This document shows, piece after piece, positions 12,401 to 24,100 of a stretch of 64,000 nucleotides of DNA. The position numbers were made by a program, and so were the translations under genes. The notes under the pieces are model-generated. The model searched no databases and was not told where the DNA came from. It saw only the letters and a program-made list of their open reading frames with translations. Source of the DNA: Amphiscolops sp. MND2022 (lineage: Eukaryota); assembly GCA_964187785.1 (NCBI GenBank), contig OZ076409.1, positions 84,074,001 to 84,138,000 of the forward strand, read 5' to 3'. Every line of letters starts with the position of its first letter. Positions within the stretch are counted from its first letter, which is position 1.

Positions 12401-15400
12401 GCAAGAATACAAAGCTGGTTAGATAATTTAGTATAGTTTGACATTGCCCTTCAACATGTGGCCGGCAGTAACTTAAAACGTATGAATTTCTTGAGTAGAA
12501 ATCCAGTAGGGGGAGCGACATCAGAAGACAAATACGACGGAGAGTGTTCATTTGACACATTAATCAAACACGAGGAAATGAACGCAAAAAAAGGTTCACT
12601 ATTCGTTAGCCAATCAAAACGCGGGAAACACACAACTGAAGACAAAATGAACACATCCGACGAAAACCATGAGAACAAAGCGACCAATCACAATCAATTA
12701 GAACATTCCAGAACGAAAATCACGTGAACAAAACACGAAAGAGTGAAACAACCACATCCGGTCAGTCTGATTTTATTACCCTGAAGTCAAGTTTTTTTAC
12801 AAAAGAATGTTTAAACGCCAAAATGAATTGAGAAAACGTTTATCACTGGGAGCCACCAAGTAAAATTTGGACATTATTCGCCGAAGAAACAAGAGCCCCG
12901 AAAAAGGAAGACTGGTGGAGAGAAGAGTTAGCGAGACCAGGAGTGATGAGAAAAATATATCACTCCCACTCGCAGAGAGCGGTATTCGCACCATCGAGAC
13001 CGAACGAAAGACGCCGCGAGGAAATAGCGGAAATTGATCCGGAGCTCTTGCAAAGTGCCAACTGACTGGCGGGTGGTTACCAACCTCTAAACGCTGTACC
13101 CGATTAAGAAGAAGAACCGAAAATGAGCTTGAGCAAGTACCACGGCATTGGAAAATAATCAAATGGGTGGGGCTTAATCTTCGTAGAGGATCAACTAGCA
13201 ATTCCAATTGATCTACGAAGACTATCATTGGACTTACTACATTTCGGTCACTCCAGAAATACAAAAATGATAGCTGAAGCAAAAACGTTTTGGTGGCCGG
13301 AACTTTGACCGAACCGTGACAAAAACTGTGAGCAGATTTTACAGGAAAATTACACAACAAATATTCTAAACCGGGACTTACAATTAATAAGTGCAATAAA
13401 CCGTTTTAGCAGATGGCCGACAGAGAAAGTATGCGAAACTTCCGATTCGTAAGATGTTACACACTTTGTAACAAGTAACTTCAATTTATACGGACTACCT
13501 GAAGAAATAATGTCGGACGAAGGGGAGAGGGACATTTATAACAAGAGAATACAAAAATTTTGAATAATCGAAAAAATGAAATTGAAAATTGCCCTCCTCG
13601 AATGCATACCAGAAACGGGGTATTGAACGTACAATACAACTAATAAAAAACCTAAGTACCGCACACTTAGGAAGCGGCGAAAATTTAATCGAAAGTACTA
13701 ATCGGGCATTCATGGTAATGCGATATACAATACATACTGGACTAAAAAACATTCGAATTGAATCATGGAAGAAAATCGAGAACAGAATTTACAAACAAAT
13801 ACGGAACATCATACCTGTTAGACTGCTCAGAAGTATCTGTTCTAGCACCAAATAGGGCGAAGATATGGGTTTATGTCGGGATGCGGAGGGCGAAATCACC
13901 AATCACATTATTATGGCAAGAACTAAAGCCGAAGAGAAACAATTGGCTTCGAAAGCCAAATCACCATAGAATAGAGTTCTGGTAAGATATGCTTTCAACT
14001 TTGATGAAAATAATCATAACGGCAAATCTTTAGAAGGTAGAGTCCAAAAAGAAATACAAACCGCAATCAGCAGAACCGAGAATACCGTAAAAGCAGACAC
14101 TGGAAAAATATTTCACCGAAAGTTTCTTTCGGGTACATTATTCCAAACAGACAGAAGGAACCGGAACACAACGGCAAAAACCTTCTCCGCCGAGATAACA
14201 CCGCAATCCCGCCATTGACATCGCGGCCTTGAAGGAGATTACGAGTAGTCGGACGATATCCAACGGGACACTCTAAACTGAAGTAGTCCAAAATAAAAGA
14301 ACCGAAGCAGAATTAGAAGACGAGGATGACAACATTGACGAAGGCGATGGAGAAATGCCGAATGAGAGGAATAAAAACCATCCATGAACTTTCATACTCA
14401 GACCACAAACCGGTCGTCCTGAACATAGAGACCAAGATGACGAAAAACCGGAGACAAGGGAAGCAAAACGCATCGAACATCGATAGACAAAGAATTTGCA
14501 AAAATACCCCACAATAATGGCGCCGACTACGATCAGAGGCGGGAATAGACGCAACGGACCTCGACCGTCTAACAAAAAATCAAAAGGAATGGAGGAAAAC
14601 TGTCAGGAAACGAAAGTCATTTCTGGAACGGTGGAACGGTATAAAGGAACAGAAATGAAACGAAACAACTTAAACCTCTCACATGCAGATTTTGCCAAAA
14701 ACAATACCCGAATGCGAGGGGCAATATCCCAAAATTTACCGCAAAACACTTCCCTACAATCAACTACCTGAATCTGCAGATCAAAATATACCACATGGCC
14801 GAACTGCCAATTCCGAGTATCAGCAACAAATCTAGCCAGACACAGACGAACCTGCTCAAAACGAAGTGAAGAGAGCGTACCCTTTGAAGAAGAAAAAAAT
14901 GCCGAACGAGATCGGGAAGAGCTACGATACGTCCGACAGAGACAGGAGATATGCCCCCATCCGAAGAGATCCGGAAAACGACGTCATCCAAAGACCCAGG
15001 GCTTGCGAAATCCCGCAGGCTGAATGAATTACTAATAAAATAGAACGGTCATATCGAAACACCAATAAACCGAAAAATACGGTAGCATACCCTATAAAAA
15101 ACTTTTGGATAAGATTAACTAAGAAGACTGTTACAGGTCCAATGTGGAACGACGAAAGGCACCCCTTACCCGGAGAAGGTACAGAAGCCCGCAGATTTCA
15201 TGCCAGGAACCTCAAACATGTAGACAGCGCGCGAGAGAGGAGAAAATGTTATACATTTCATCCGATCAATTTGAACTCTACTGTAAACCTGTCCGTGTTT
15301 ACACCCAAAAACTATAGATATAAAAGTGTCAGATCATTGTGAGTTCGAGGTCAATAGAATTTAGTTGAAAAGCTTAATTGAAAGTTCTAGAACCTATCTT

Positions 15401-15409
15401 TTTGTAAGA
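9435..15409 (+). mobile_element. heavily decayed Ty3/Gypsy LTR retrotransposon
   Basis: Diverged ~170-bp LTRs at 9435-9611 and 15247-15409 (shared CCTGTCCGTGTTTACA..AAAAACTATAGATATAAAA and ATTGAAAGTTCTAGAACCTA). PBS TGGCGCAG at 9612 and PPT GAGAGAGGAGAAAA before 15247. Broken gag (ITPKQWLERFRQF), protease (VIDTGSPV, ~10890), RT (KIDLGYAYGQ, AWMNDII), RNase H (TTDASKTG, ~12175) and integrase remnants. Confidence 0.85.
10525..10615 (-). repeat. tRNA-derived SINE-like fragment within the old Gypsy
   Basis: The minus strand reads ...GGTCGTAGGTTCGAACCCGGGCTGGGG (B-box/T-arm), with a degenerate second copy at ~10528. No complete cloverleaf. Confidence 0.4.
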
Positions 15410-16099
15410 ATACAACAGTTTGGTTGCTGATAAAAAAATGCAACGTGCCGAAAAACCCAAAAGGGAACTTTTGTCGATTGTAAAATGCTATCGTGTAGAC
15501 TTCTCAGGACCGAAAGAGGGCGCCTTTCGATGGCGTTGAAGATTTTGAAACATTGGCAAAAACTGGCACTGTGCCAAAAGATTTCGGCGATGAATTTGAA
15601 CCGGTGATTTTTCTACACTGAATTAAAGTATCAATGACTCCATTTATTCAAAAAGATTACACTTTAAATTGTCAATGGGCCTGTGTCCTAAAAACAGACA
15701 CAACATTAATATAGACTTTCGTACTTTTTTCGTCAAATAAAACCTGGAAATTAATATTCAATCTTTATACTACACAGAAATATAATATTTTTTAAAATAT
15801 CCACTAATAATTCAAATGAACGAAAAAATAAATGGTTCGGGAACCAAATAATATCTAGGTTTTATTGCTAATATTGACCACATGAGTTACCGACAGGCGA
15901 AAAAAGAGTATTTGTGATACAAGTTACTCATCACAACAGTCTAAATGAATCTCAGCTCTACCCAAATCTTTGATTTGAGTACTTCTTTGGAGCTTTTTGT
16001 GCTCTGTTTAGAGTTTTTAGTGCTCTTTACTGAGCTTTTAGTTTTTAATTTTTGGAAATTTTATTCCTTTTCGAGACTCAAATGATCCATCGATACTGA

Positions 16100-19080
16100 T
16101 CGGTCCTTTATGTTTAAGGATGCCTCGGTTTCAACCCCGACAGCTGAGCCGACTAACAACAAATCTTGTGATTGACACATCCAGAACGAAATATATAGGG
16201 TCAAAAGACATCGATGCAGCAGTTCACTCTTACCGCTGTGTCTCCCTCCTCGAGCTCTGTGATCTGACTCAACAATACCTTTATCATTGTCGCTGGTTTC
16301 AATGATCGTCTTTATACAGCTACTTCATTTATAGAAACTGCAGTATTCTGATTCTGCTTGTATACCTGAAGTTTCAGCCCGATCACCACTATATCCCCAA
16401 AACTACTGCAACCTCCAACAACCAGTCAGTCAACAGAAAAATCGACCTGCTGATATTTGTTTCCCACAATCTGCTACGCTCTCGCCACCAGCCTATTATT
16501 TCACCTAATTTCAATCGTGATTTTGATCATAAGATCTTTTCCCGAGACGGCATCTTTTTGCCCGAGTTGAAAACTTAGATTTCTCTCAGACTTTGAAGAT
16601 TTATTTCAGTCACTTTACATGTAATCAAATCAGACATTTGACACGACAGCTCTCCCTCCATAATGTTAGCAATCAAACAGACTACAGCAGAGCCAGACCA
16701 ATTTGCATAGTCGCGGCGTATGGTGTGCGATATGTGGATACTTGTACACTAAATGCAGCGGTCTGTATGCTGCAAAAGATTGGTCCACGACATTCACCTG
16801 TCTACGTTGCCGTGGACCACATCCAAGCAAAGCCGCCAACTCTCCAGCCATCGAACAACTGATCAGTTCAACAAGTCGCCCGAGCACCGCCACACACCAG
16901 AGACAACCCCTGACTGATGATCTGAACGAAGAGCTATCAGTGGATGGTTTCTGGGCAAAAATCACTGCCCAAATTGCAAATCAAATTAAAGATATTCGTA
17001 AACAAGTCACTACGGTAGTTCATTAGAAACCTCCCTTCATCACGCTGCCTGGAAACGGAACTGGGCGTAAGTTTGTTGAGACAATGGACCGCGTATTAGC
17101 TGCAATGGCAGAGAAACAAAGCAATGAGAACATAGGGAGCATTTTCAAGGAAGCAGAAGCATTGCACAAACGAACAATTAAATCAAAATCCAACACTAGA
17201 ACAAGAGATACGTTCCGATGCTTCGATGCACACATGTCCGCTGGGAAGAAAGAGCTTTGTCTATACATAGCCTCAGGAAACCGTTCGAGACCCCTGAACT
17301 TCAAAGCAATATGCGCATTGAATCAAAGAACGCTTTTAATAACCTGAACAGGGTTCTCGCGCTCCGGAACATGGAAAAGCTATGTTCTCCAATTATAACA
17401 GCTATCAGGAGTTCGTACAAAACACCGAAAAAAGTTTTCGTCAACGGCAAAACGTTGCAATCACAAAAGTGAACGACTGACTCGTGGAGATACTCTAACC
17501 ATGGCGATGTACGTACTTGCTATCTTACCGATGATTGATCTCAATCAAAAAATAAACATCACTTAGGCCGACAATGGCAATGTAACAGGCAGTCTTAAGG
17601 ACCTAAAACCGATCCACGAACAATTGAAAAGGCATGGGCCGGCTTTTGGCTACACTCTGACGAAGTGTAACATTATTGGAAAAACCGAAAACATGAAACA
17701 AGCTCACAGTTTGTTTAACGAAGAAGCTGTTGAAATTGTGAAGCGGCTTATGACAAGTTCAGGAACTAAAAACAAAGTGAATACAAGCAGATTGAAATTG
17801 TCGAAGCAAAAATTTCTCTTCAAAATGTATTTCACTGCTATACCAAAGGTATCCAAAACAAAGTGACTTTTTTTCACGCGCGACTCTTAGTTTTATGGGA
17901 AACCTCGAAGAAACGGAAAGAAAGATCAGGGAAAACCTGATCCCAGCAATAACTGGCAAAAATGGCGTCAGGGACTAGGAACGGTCTCTTTTTACCTGCC
18001 TGTGACGGATGGTGGACTCAACATAGCAGATCCTGAAGACAGAGTAGAAGAATTGAACTGGTCGAGACAAATGGTAGCATGTTTAGACAATGACGATGAC
18101 GCGGAAGCTCAACAGATTGTAAACGTGAAATAATTTAGAAAAGAAAAGTCTGCAAAAATCAAAAAAAGAGAAGAGTTTTGAAAAAAACTCGATAAAAATC
18201 AGCTATATGCCTGGATCTGTCAATTGAAAAAGGTGCGTCAAGCTGGCTCAACACTGCGTCTAAGCTGGCTTAACAGCTTAACGCTGCCACTTAAACGATA
18301 TCACTTTGATTTATGGAAACAGGAATTCCGCGACGGTTTGGTCCTGCGCTGTGGATGGAAACTACTGAAAACACCAGCATTGTGACCCTGTGGAGAGCGT
18401 TTCAGTCTCTCGCATTCACTCCAATGCAACAAAAGAGGGTACACCCAGATGCGACACAACGAAATTCGCGACACGTTCGCCACCGTTATGAACGGAGTCT
18501 GCTATGATGTTGAAATTAAGCCAGAACTTCAGGCTTCGAAATTTGAGTGCTTCGTTCATATAACAACGACAACTGAAGATGAGGCGAGATTAAACATTAA
18601 AGGAAACGGTTTTTGTGACTCCCGTTTCTGTTGAAATTTTGGATGTCAAGGTTTTCAACCCGTTTGTCATAACAAGTCCCAAAATGTCAACAAAGCATAA
18701 AAAATCCATGAATCTCACAAGATACTCAAATACGTGTCCACAATCGTAAATATGGAAAAAAGCACCTTTAAACCCCTAGTCTTTGCATGTACAGGTGGCG
18801 CTGGACCATCAGCCACAAAAGTAATTACCCGACTAGCTGCAAAAACAACGAAAAAGGTTAAGAAAGCTACACCGACCTGATAAGCTACATTAGAACCAAG
18901 ATAAGTTTTGCCCTTCTACGTAGTTCCATCCTCTGTCTCAGAGGCTGCAGAGCGACACGTCGCCAACAAGCAATCGTAGACTCTTCTATTAGTGTTATTG
19001 TTCACGAGGGAGGGCTGTCATAAATCTGACAATCTTTCGGGTGCTTCTCATGAAACCATGTAATTTCCGACGATCAATAA
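16100..19080 (+). mobile_element. decayed non-LTR retrotransposon with restriction-like endonuclease (CRE-like clade)
   Basis: Frameshifted RT remnants (KNAFNNLNRVLALRN, AMYVLAI, GPAFGY). C-terminal Cys/His cluster plus RHNEIRD, ARLNIKGNGF, DVKVFNP, PLVFACTGG.GP and ISFALLRS motifs typical of CRE-type REL domains. AATAAA at ~19075. The 5' boundary is approximate. Confidence 0.75.
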
Positions 19081-19326
19081 AATTTGAGAAACATTGTCTA
19101 ATTTATTAATTACCCTCCACTTACCGATGTTTTCCAAATTTATTTTATTGGGCCGTTATTGACAATGTAAGCTTGCAAAGTACTGACACCCAAACTCTTA
19201 ACACCGACACGTCCTCCCTGTACTAAGGGCAAAATTCCCATCTCTCTCTACAACATATCCCGGTTTCAGTAGGCGCGGTCCTTATTTGAGTCATCAAGGT
19301 CACTAACACCTCGATGCAGTGATTAG

Positions 19327-19388
19327 AGTAGTAGATGTACGTGGCATTATAGGCGGGGGGGGGGGGTTGAGTGAGTAACCAAATATGG
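19327..19388 (+). repeat. Polinton left terminal inverted repeat
   Basis: AGTAGTAGATGTACGTGGCATTATAGGC(G)12TTGAGTGAGTAACCAAATATGG. It is the reverse complement of 37574-37633 except for G-run length (12 vs 10). Confidence 0.95.
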
Positions 19389-19390
19389 TC

Positions 19391-19671
19391 ATAACGCAGA
19401 CTCCAAATGACGTCATGATTGCGACACAATGACGTAACCAAATGCAAAACATTTAGAATAACGTCACCAATCATTACATTTCATTGGTTGACGAAAAAAA
19501 CGACTAACAAAAGTGGAATGGTTTTTGTTAAAAATAACGCAGACTTCAAATAACGTCATGATTGCGACACAATGACATAACCGAATGCAAAAACATTTGG
19601 AATAACGTCACCAATCATTGCATTTCATTGGTTGACGAAAAAGAGCGACTAACAAATATGGAATGGTTTTT
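19391..19671. repeat. subterminal tandem duplication (2 x ~143 bp) with CRE-like and CCAAT motifs
   Basis: Copies start at 19391 and 19534 (ATAACGCAGACT.CAAAT.ACGTCATGATTGCGACACAATGAC...). They contain TGACGTCA (copy 1) and CCAATCA/ATTGG pairs. Confidence 0.85.
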
Positions 19672-19939
19672 TCCATGAGCCAAGCAAAAACTGAGTCTAA
19701 AAGTAGTTAGTTTGCTGGGTGATAAAGTAGTACTTTGCACAAATCCTAATTATCTTGCCTTCTTCCTTCTAGTGGGATCTGTTGGTATCCAGGTTTGAGC
19801 CTCAGCACATCCTCAATATTCTTTCCTAGTATTTGTGCAAGGGCTACTTTTCGGCAAAAAAACACTGATGGTTCAAAGCGAAAAGTGTAAATTCTCTACA
19901 TTTGTGTTTTCGTGAATACTACTTTGAATTTAGAGATTT

Positions 19940-20155
19940 ATGGATATTGAGAATTTGAGCAATGATTCGGACAGTCTTGCAACAGACAGCGGTTATAATT
20001 CAATGGTGTCATTTGACGAAGATGATGATGGTGATGATGGTCTGATGCATCTCAATGTTGAGGTTGTAGAACTGTTTGAACGCTTGTTGTCATGGCTGGA
20101 TCAGGTTCAACAAATTGACGACATTTTGCAAGACTGGATGATTGATGATGAGTAG
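19940..20155 (+). CDS. small highly acidic Polinton protein (71 aa), function unknown
   Basis: ATG-started D/E-rich ORF downstream of the subterminal repeats, convergent with the next gene. Confidence 0.4.
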   Translation: MDIENLSNDSDSLATDSGYNSMVSFDEDDDGDDGLMHLNVEVVELFERLLSWLDQVQQIDDILQDWMIDDE

Positions 20156-20251
20156 TTTGTATGATAATGTCGAAAAACCTGGAAAGAATAATATTTTCAT
20201 GATTTCTGGCTGAACATGAAAACCAAAATTTTTAAACTCTTTTAACCTTTT

Positions 20252-21076
20252 TCACGAATCTGACGGATTTTTTCTTTTCCGAGACGCTAATTCAAACTGT
20301 TGAGCAAGCGTTTTTGCAGTCTCTAAGTCTTCCATTGTTAGCAAGGGCTCTCCCGACGAGTCAACCAGGTCAGGAAATAATTCAGCAAACGTGCAAGTTT
20401 TGCTTTGCATTTTCTAAATAAAAGTAAAAAGCTTTACAAACATTCGTCAATTGAATACTCACAGAGGACAAAAGTCAGTTACCATCACTTGTACCTCTAA
20501 ATCTGAGGTTGTAGCTTTTGAAACTTTGTCTTCGAGCAGTTCCACTTTTTTCAGCAATTCAAGCTCCTCCATGTTCAAATTATCAGTGTTCTAAAGCAAA
20601 ATTAACCTTGTCCATGTCAGAGACTTTTACAGCAAGAAAAAGCAAAGATTACCTTTAAACTTTGTTCAAGATAGCTACTTGTGGATGGCTTGTTGTTACC
20701 ATCAGCTTTATCATCCTCAAAGTACCATGCGACCTTGTTTTTATCATCCTCTATGAACAATTTCTCCAAAAGGTTCCTTTCTGATTCATCAACTTGGTAT
20801 TCCGCAGCATCGTCCGGAAACAACACTTTATTTTGTTTGTTACTGTTAGGGGCAGTATTTTTTTGACTAACTGTGCTGTCATCACCAAGAGGTGTGTCTG
20901 AAACATCATTAATACAAACTCGCAATTGGACTATATTTCACCTCTGGTTGGATTATGTTTATATGTTTACCTAAACCAATAATTGCTTGTCTCGTCCTCT
21001 TCTTCTCTTTGCGAAAAACAGTAGGAGGAACAGTTGTATTTTTTCGAGTCGGTGGTGTCCATTCATTGTTAGCCAT
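20252..21076 (-). CDS. predicted 4-exon Polinton gene (~205 aa), unknown function
   Basis: ATG at 21076 and TGA at 20254-20252. Phase-compatible GT-AG introns at 20970-20898 (GTAAAC..TTTCAG), 20652-20591 (GTAATC..CTTTAG) and ~20482-20414 (GTAACT..ATTTAG) join the ORF fragments into one frame. Confidence 0.6.
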
Positions 21077-21168
21077 TTCTGAAAAGTTGATGAGCTTTCG
21101 TCGAAACTGAAAGAAAAAAAACAAATATATTCAAACAAGTTTTATAGAGAAAAAACTTCAGAGTTACG

Positions 21169-24100
21169 TTATACATTTATTGGGGATGTTGTAACACCAT
21201 CAGCATGCACAAATCGTTTGTAATAAAAATATGTTATAGACATTTTGTTTTGTTTATATGTGAACATGTTTCCTCGGTAGTAGCGAAATCCCTTGTTAGT
21301 TCCTTCGTAGGGCACTTTGTTGAACAAGACAGATTTAAATCTTTCCAAAGGCGACTCTAGATTTTTGTTGCTTCCCTTGAGAGCCATTTTCATCTTTTTG
21401 TTGTTTTAGTTAAATGCACAGTAGGTTTTGCTGTTGAGACAAATCATTTCCGTTCCTTTCCATTCAATTTTGAAAAGTCCAGGTGTTCTTTTATCCATTG
21501 CACCGTGTTCTTTACAGCAGCTTCGTGTTAGAAAATTCAGTTGAGCATTTGGTAGATAGCAATCTTCTTCTTCATGATAATGCTTTGCATTTTCTTGCAT
21601 TTGTGTCTTTGCAGCCTCAGTGAAACAATCGAAGAGGTCGTTTTCTGTCAAAGCCATGTAGAAAGAGTCGGTGTCCATCTCTATAGCCCGAAAAGTTCTT
21701 GGTCTCATAATTCTGCCGAGAAAGTCGTAACGAAACTCCAACATTCTTTGTTTTCCATTGTTTAGTACTGTAAAACCAACGAGAATGGGTTCATCGTGCA
21801 CAATTTTTCTTTTAGCCATGTTAATTTCGTATATTTTTTCATCCACAATGTCATAGGACCGGAATTTTGGAGAATTGATTTTTTGATCAACTTTTCTTTC
21901 ATCAACAAAAAGCGTGTTTTGAAATTTTGATTTATTTATGAGTTGGATGCCATATGCGCTGTTTCCAATAAGTTTGGATGTTTCTGCAATCACACTGAGC
22001 GACTTGTCTACATCTCCTCGACGCCTGTTTTCTGTTACAAAGTCCAAAAAATCTTTGAAGGGTTGTGCTTTTTTGTAACAAAGAAACTGGTAGCATTTTG
22101 TAACAACCAAACCATGTTCTAAACACCACTTGATGTAGTCGGTAGATAACATTATCTTTTCTCCAAAGTAGCTGGCGACAAGACATTTCCAACCGTTTTT
22201 CATCAAACCGAACTCTTTGGCATAATTTTGCATTTCCGCGGAAAGATGTTGCCTCTCGACAGTTGTATTTTTGAAGATGGGAGGAAGTTCTTTAAAGTGT
22301 TCCTTCAAGTGATCTGGAACGTGGATGTCAATTTCAGCTATTCCATAGACTTTTTCTTTCAGAACTGCATTGATAAAAGTCTCCAACGTTGAAAACTTTT
22401 GTGGTAGACAATCAAATTTTCTCACAAACTCTTTTATTTCGGGGTCTGTTTCTTTAAGCTGATTCCATTGACACTCCCATTGCTCAATCACACGATAACC
22501 TGCATTTAAAATAACTTCCGTACGCTCCTTGTCATTTTCACGTATTTTCGCCGGTGTTTTTCCATGAATTAGAGGCCGCTGAAACATTTAGCAGTTTGAA
22601 GCACTTAAAAAAAGTGTATGATTCATTGTTTCAAAATTAAAATTTTGTCAACTAACCAAACTCATACAGTCATGAGCGTGATGATAACATCCCATAAATT
22701 CCCAAACAGTTTTACAGGACACACAAATAGCATCGGGAACGAGTGTTCTAACTTGGTGGCGCATATTTGTGAAACGAGTGGTCACTGAACAACTTGGGTT
22801 TTGGTCGTGATGTTGTTTGGAGATAAAAGCAACATACTGTCGTTCAGCTTGTAAAAATTTACTTTTTTCGGAAACTAGAGCGTTGTCGCTGTTGCACACG
22901 TAATGAGTCAAAGGTCCAGTTGGCATGTTCCCACCAATAGCAGATAAATACAAAGCGTTGGCATCATAACCAACTATTGATTTGACTATTTCATCATTGA
23001 TGGCAGTTTCATTAACTTTTTCGTAACGACTAAACACTATACTTGGCCCTCCAACAATGTTGTTTCGAACACTTTGATACAAATCCTTGTCTTTATAATT
23101 GAACAAGAAAATTCCTTCGCCTTTGTTTGATCGATGTAAAATTTTGTTGGCGGCACCGCTGAGTGTTAGAGTTTCCTTCAGCAAGTCAATCGAGTGTTGT
23201 TCATTGAAACGGGCCATTTTGGTCACAGCCTTGTGGAGGGGATAAACATCAAGGTTATTGTAATATTGTAAATAATCCATCATTGTTTGAAACCCTTCGT
23301 GGTCCCATGTTTGTTTAATGTCCTCATATACTTCCAACCCTGTCTTTGGTCTACTTGGATCAGTGAGGCTGCCTCCGTTCCGAACAAAACTGTTAATCTC
23401 GTTCTCCAAAACGTTTTCATTCTTTAGTGAGGAAAAGAATGCTTCGTAGGGTGGTAATGAAGTTTCTTGTAAAATTTCAAAACTGGTTAGATGTTCGTAA
23501 GGAAAGAAAAACTTGCTGACTTCACTACCATAGGCTTTCAAAAACTTGTCTAATGATGTACCAGCTGCAACAAAATGACTACAGTCCATGAAGCGCAGGT
23601 TTGGTGTCGAAAGGAGTAGGAAGCGAGTATTTCGTTTAATACACTTGATGGATGACAAGCTAACAAAACGCTGCAGAGACTTTAAAAGGTATGACTTTAT
23701 CAAGTTCAAATCGTAGAATCCACTATTGAAACCAACAATTGGTAGCTGGTCAATGTATTAAAGAACTGTGTTCGTGTTCTTTTCAGGAATCTGTGCAATC
23801 TCTGCTGTGTGCTGGATACAGTAGTAGTAGCGGTAGTGGTTTCGTTTAGAGCAGCTTCTTCATCATCTGAGTGTATGTTCTCTCCCATGGTGGTGTCATC
23901 TGGTTCAAATTCTAATAACATTTCATCAATTTGTTCTAGATAGGGTAAAAATTTTTGTCGCTGGTGAGAGATATTTTTGAGGGACAAGTCCATTAAATAG
24001 TCTACAAACTTGTCTACCAAAACGTTAGGGTCTTTTTCCACTAACCATTTTGCAGCCGATTCCTCTGTTGTAATGTTTTGATATATTGCAACCGATACGG

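Noticed and set aside
23750..23770. Programmed -1 frameshift in pPolB
   Set aside because: No X XXY YYZ heptamer, and the -1 frame has TAA immediately upstream. A 1-nt deletion is simpler.
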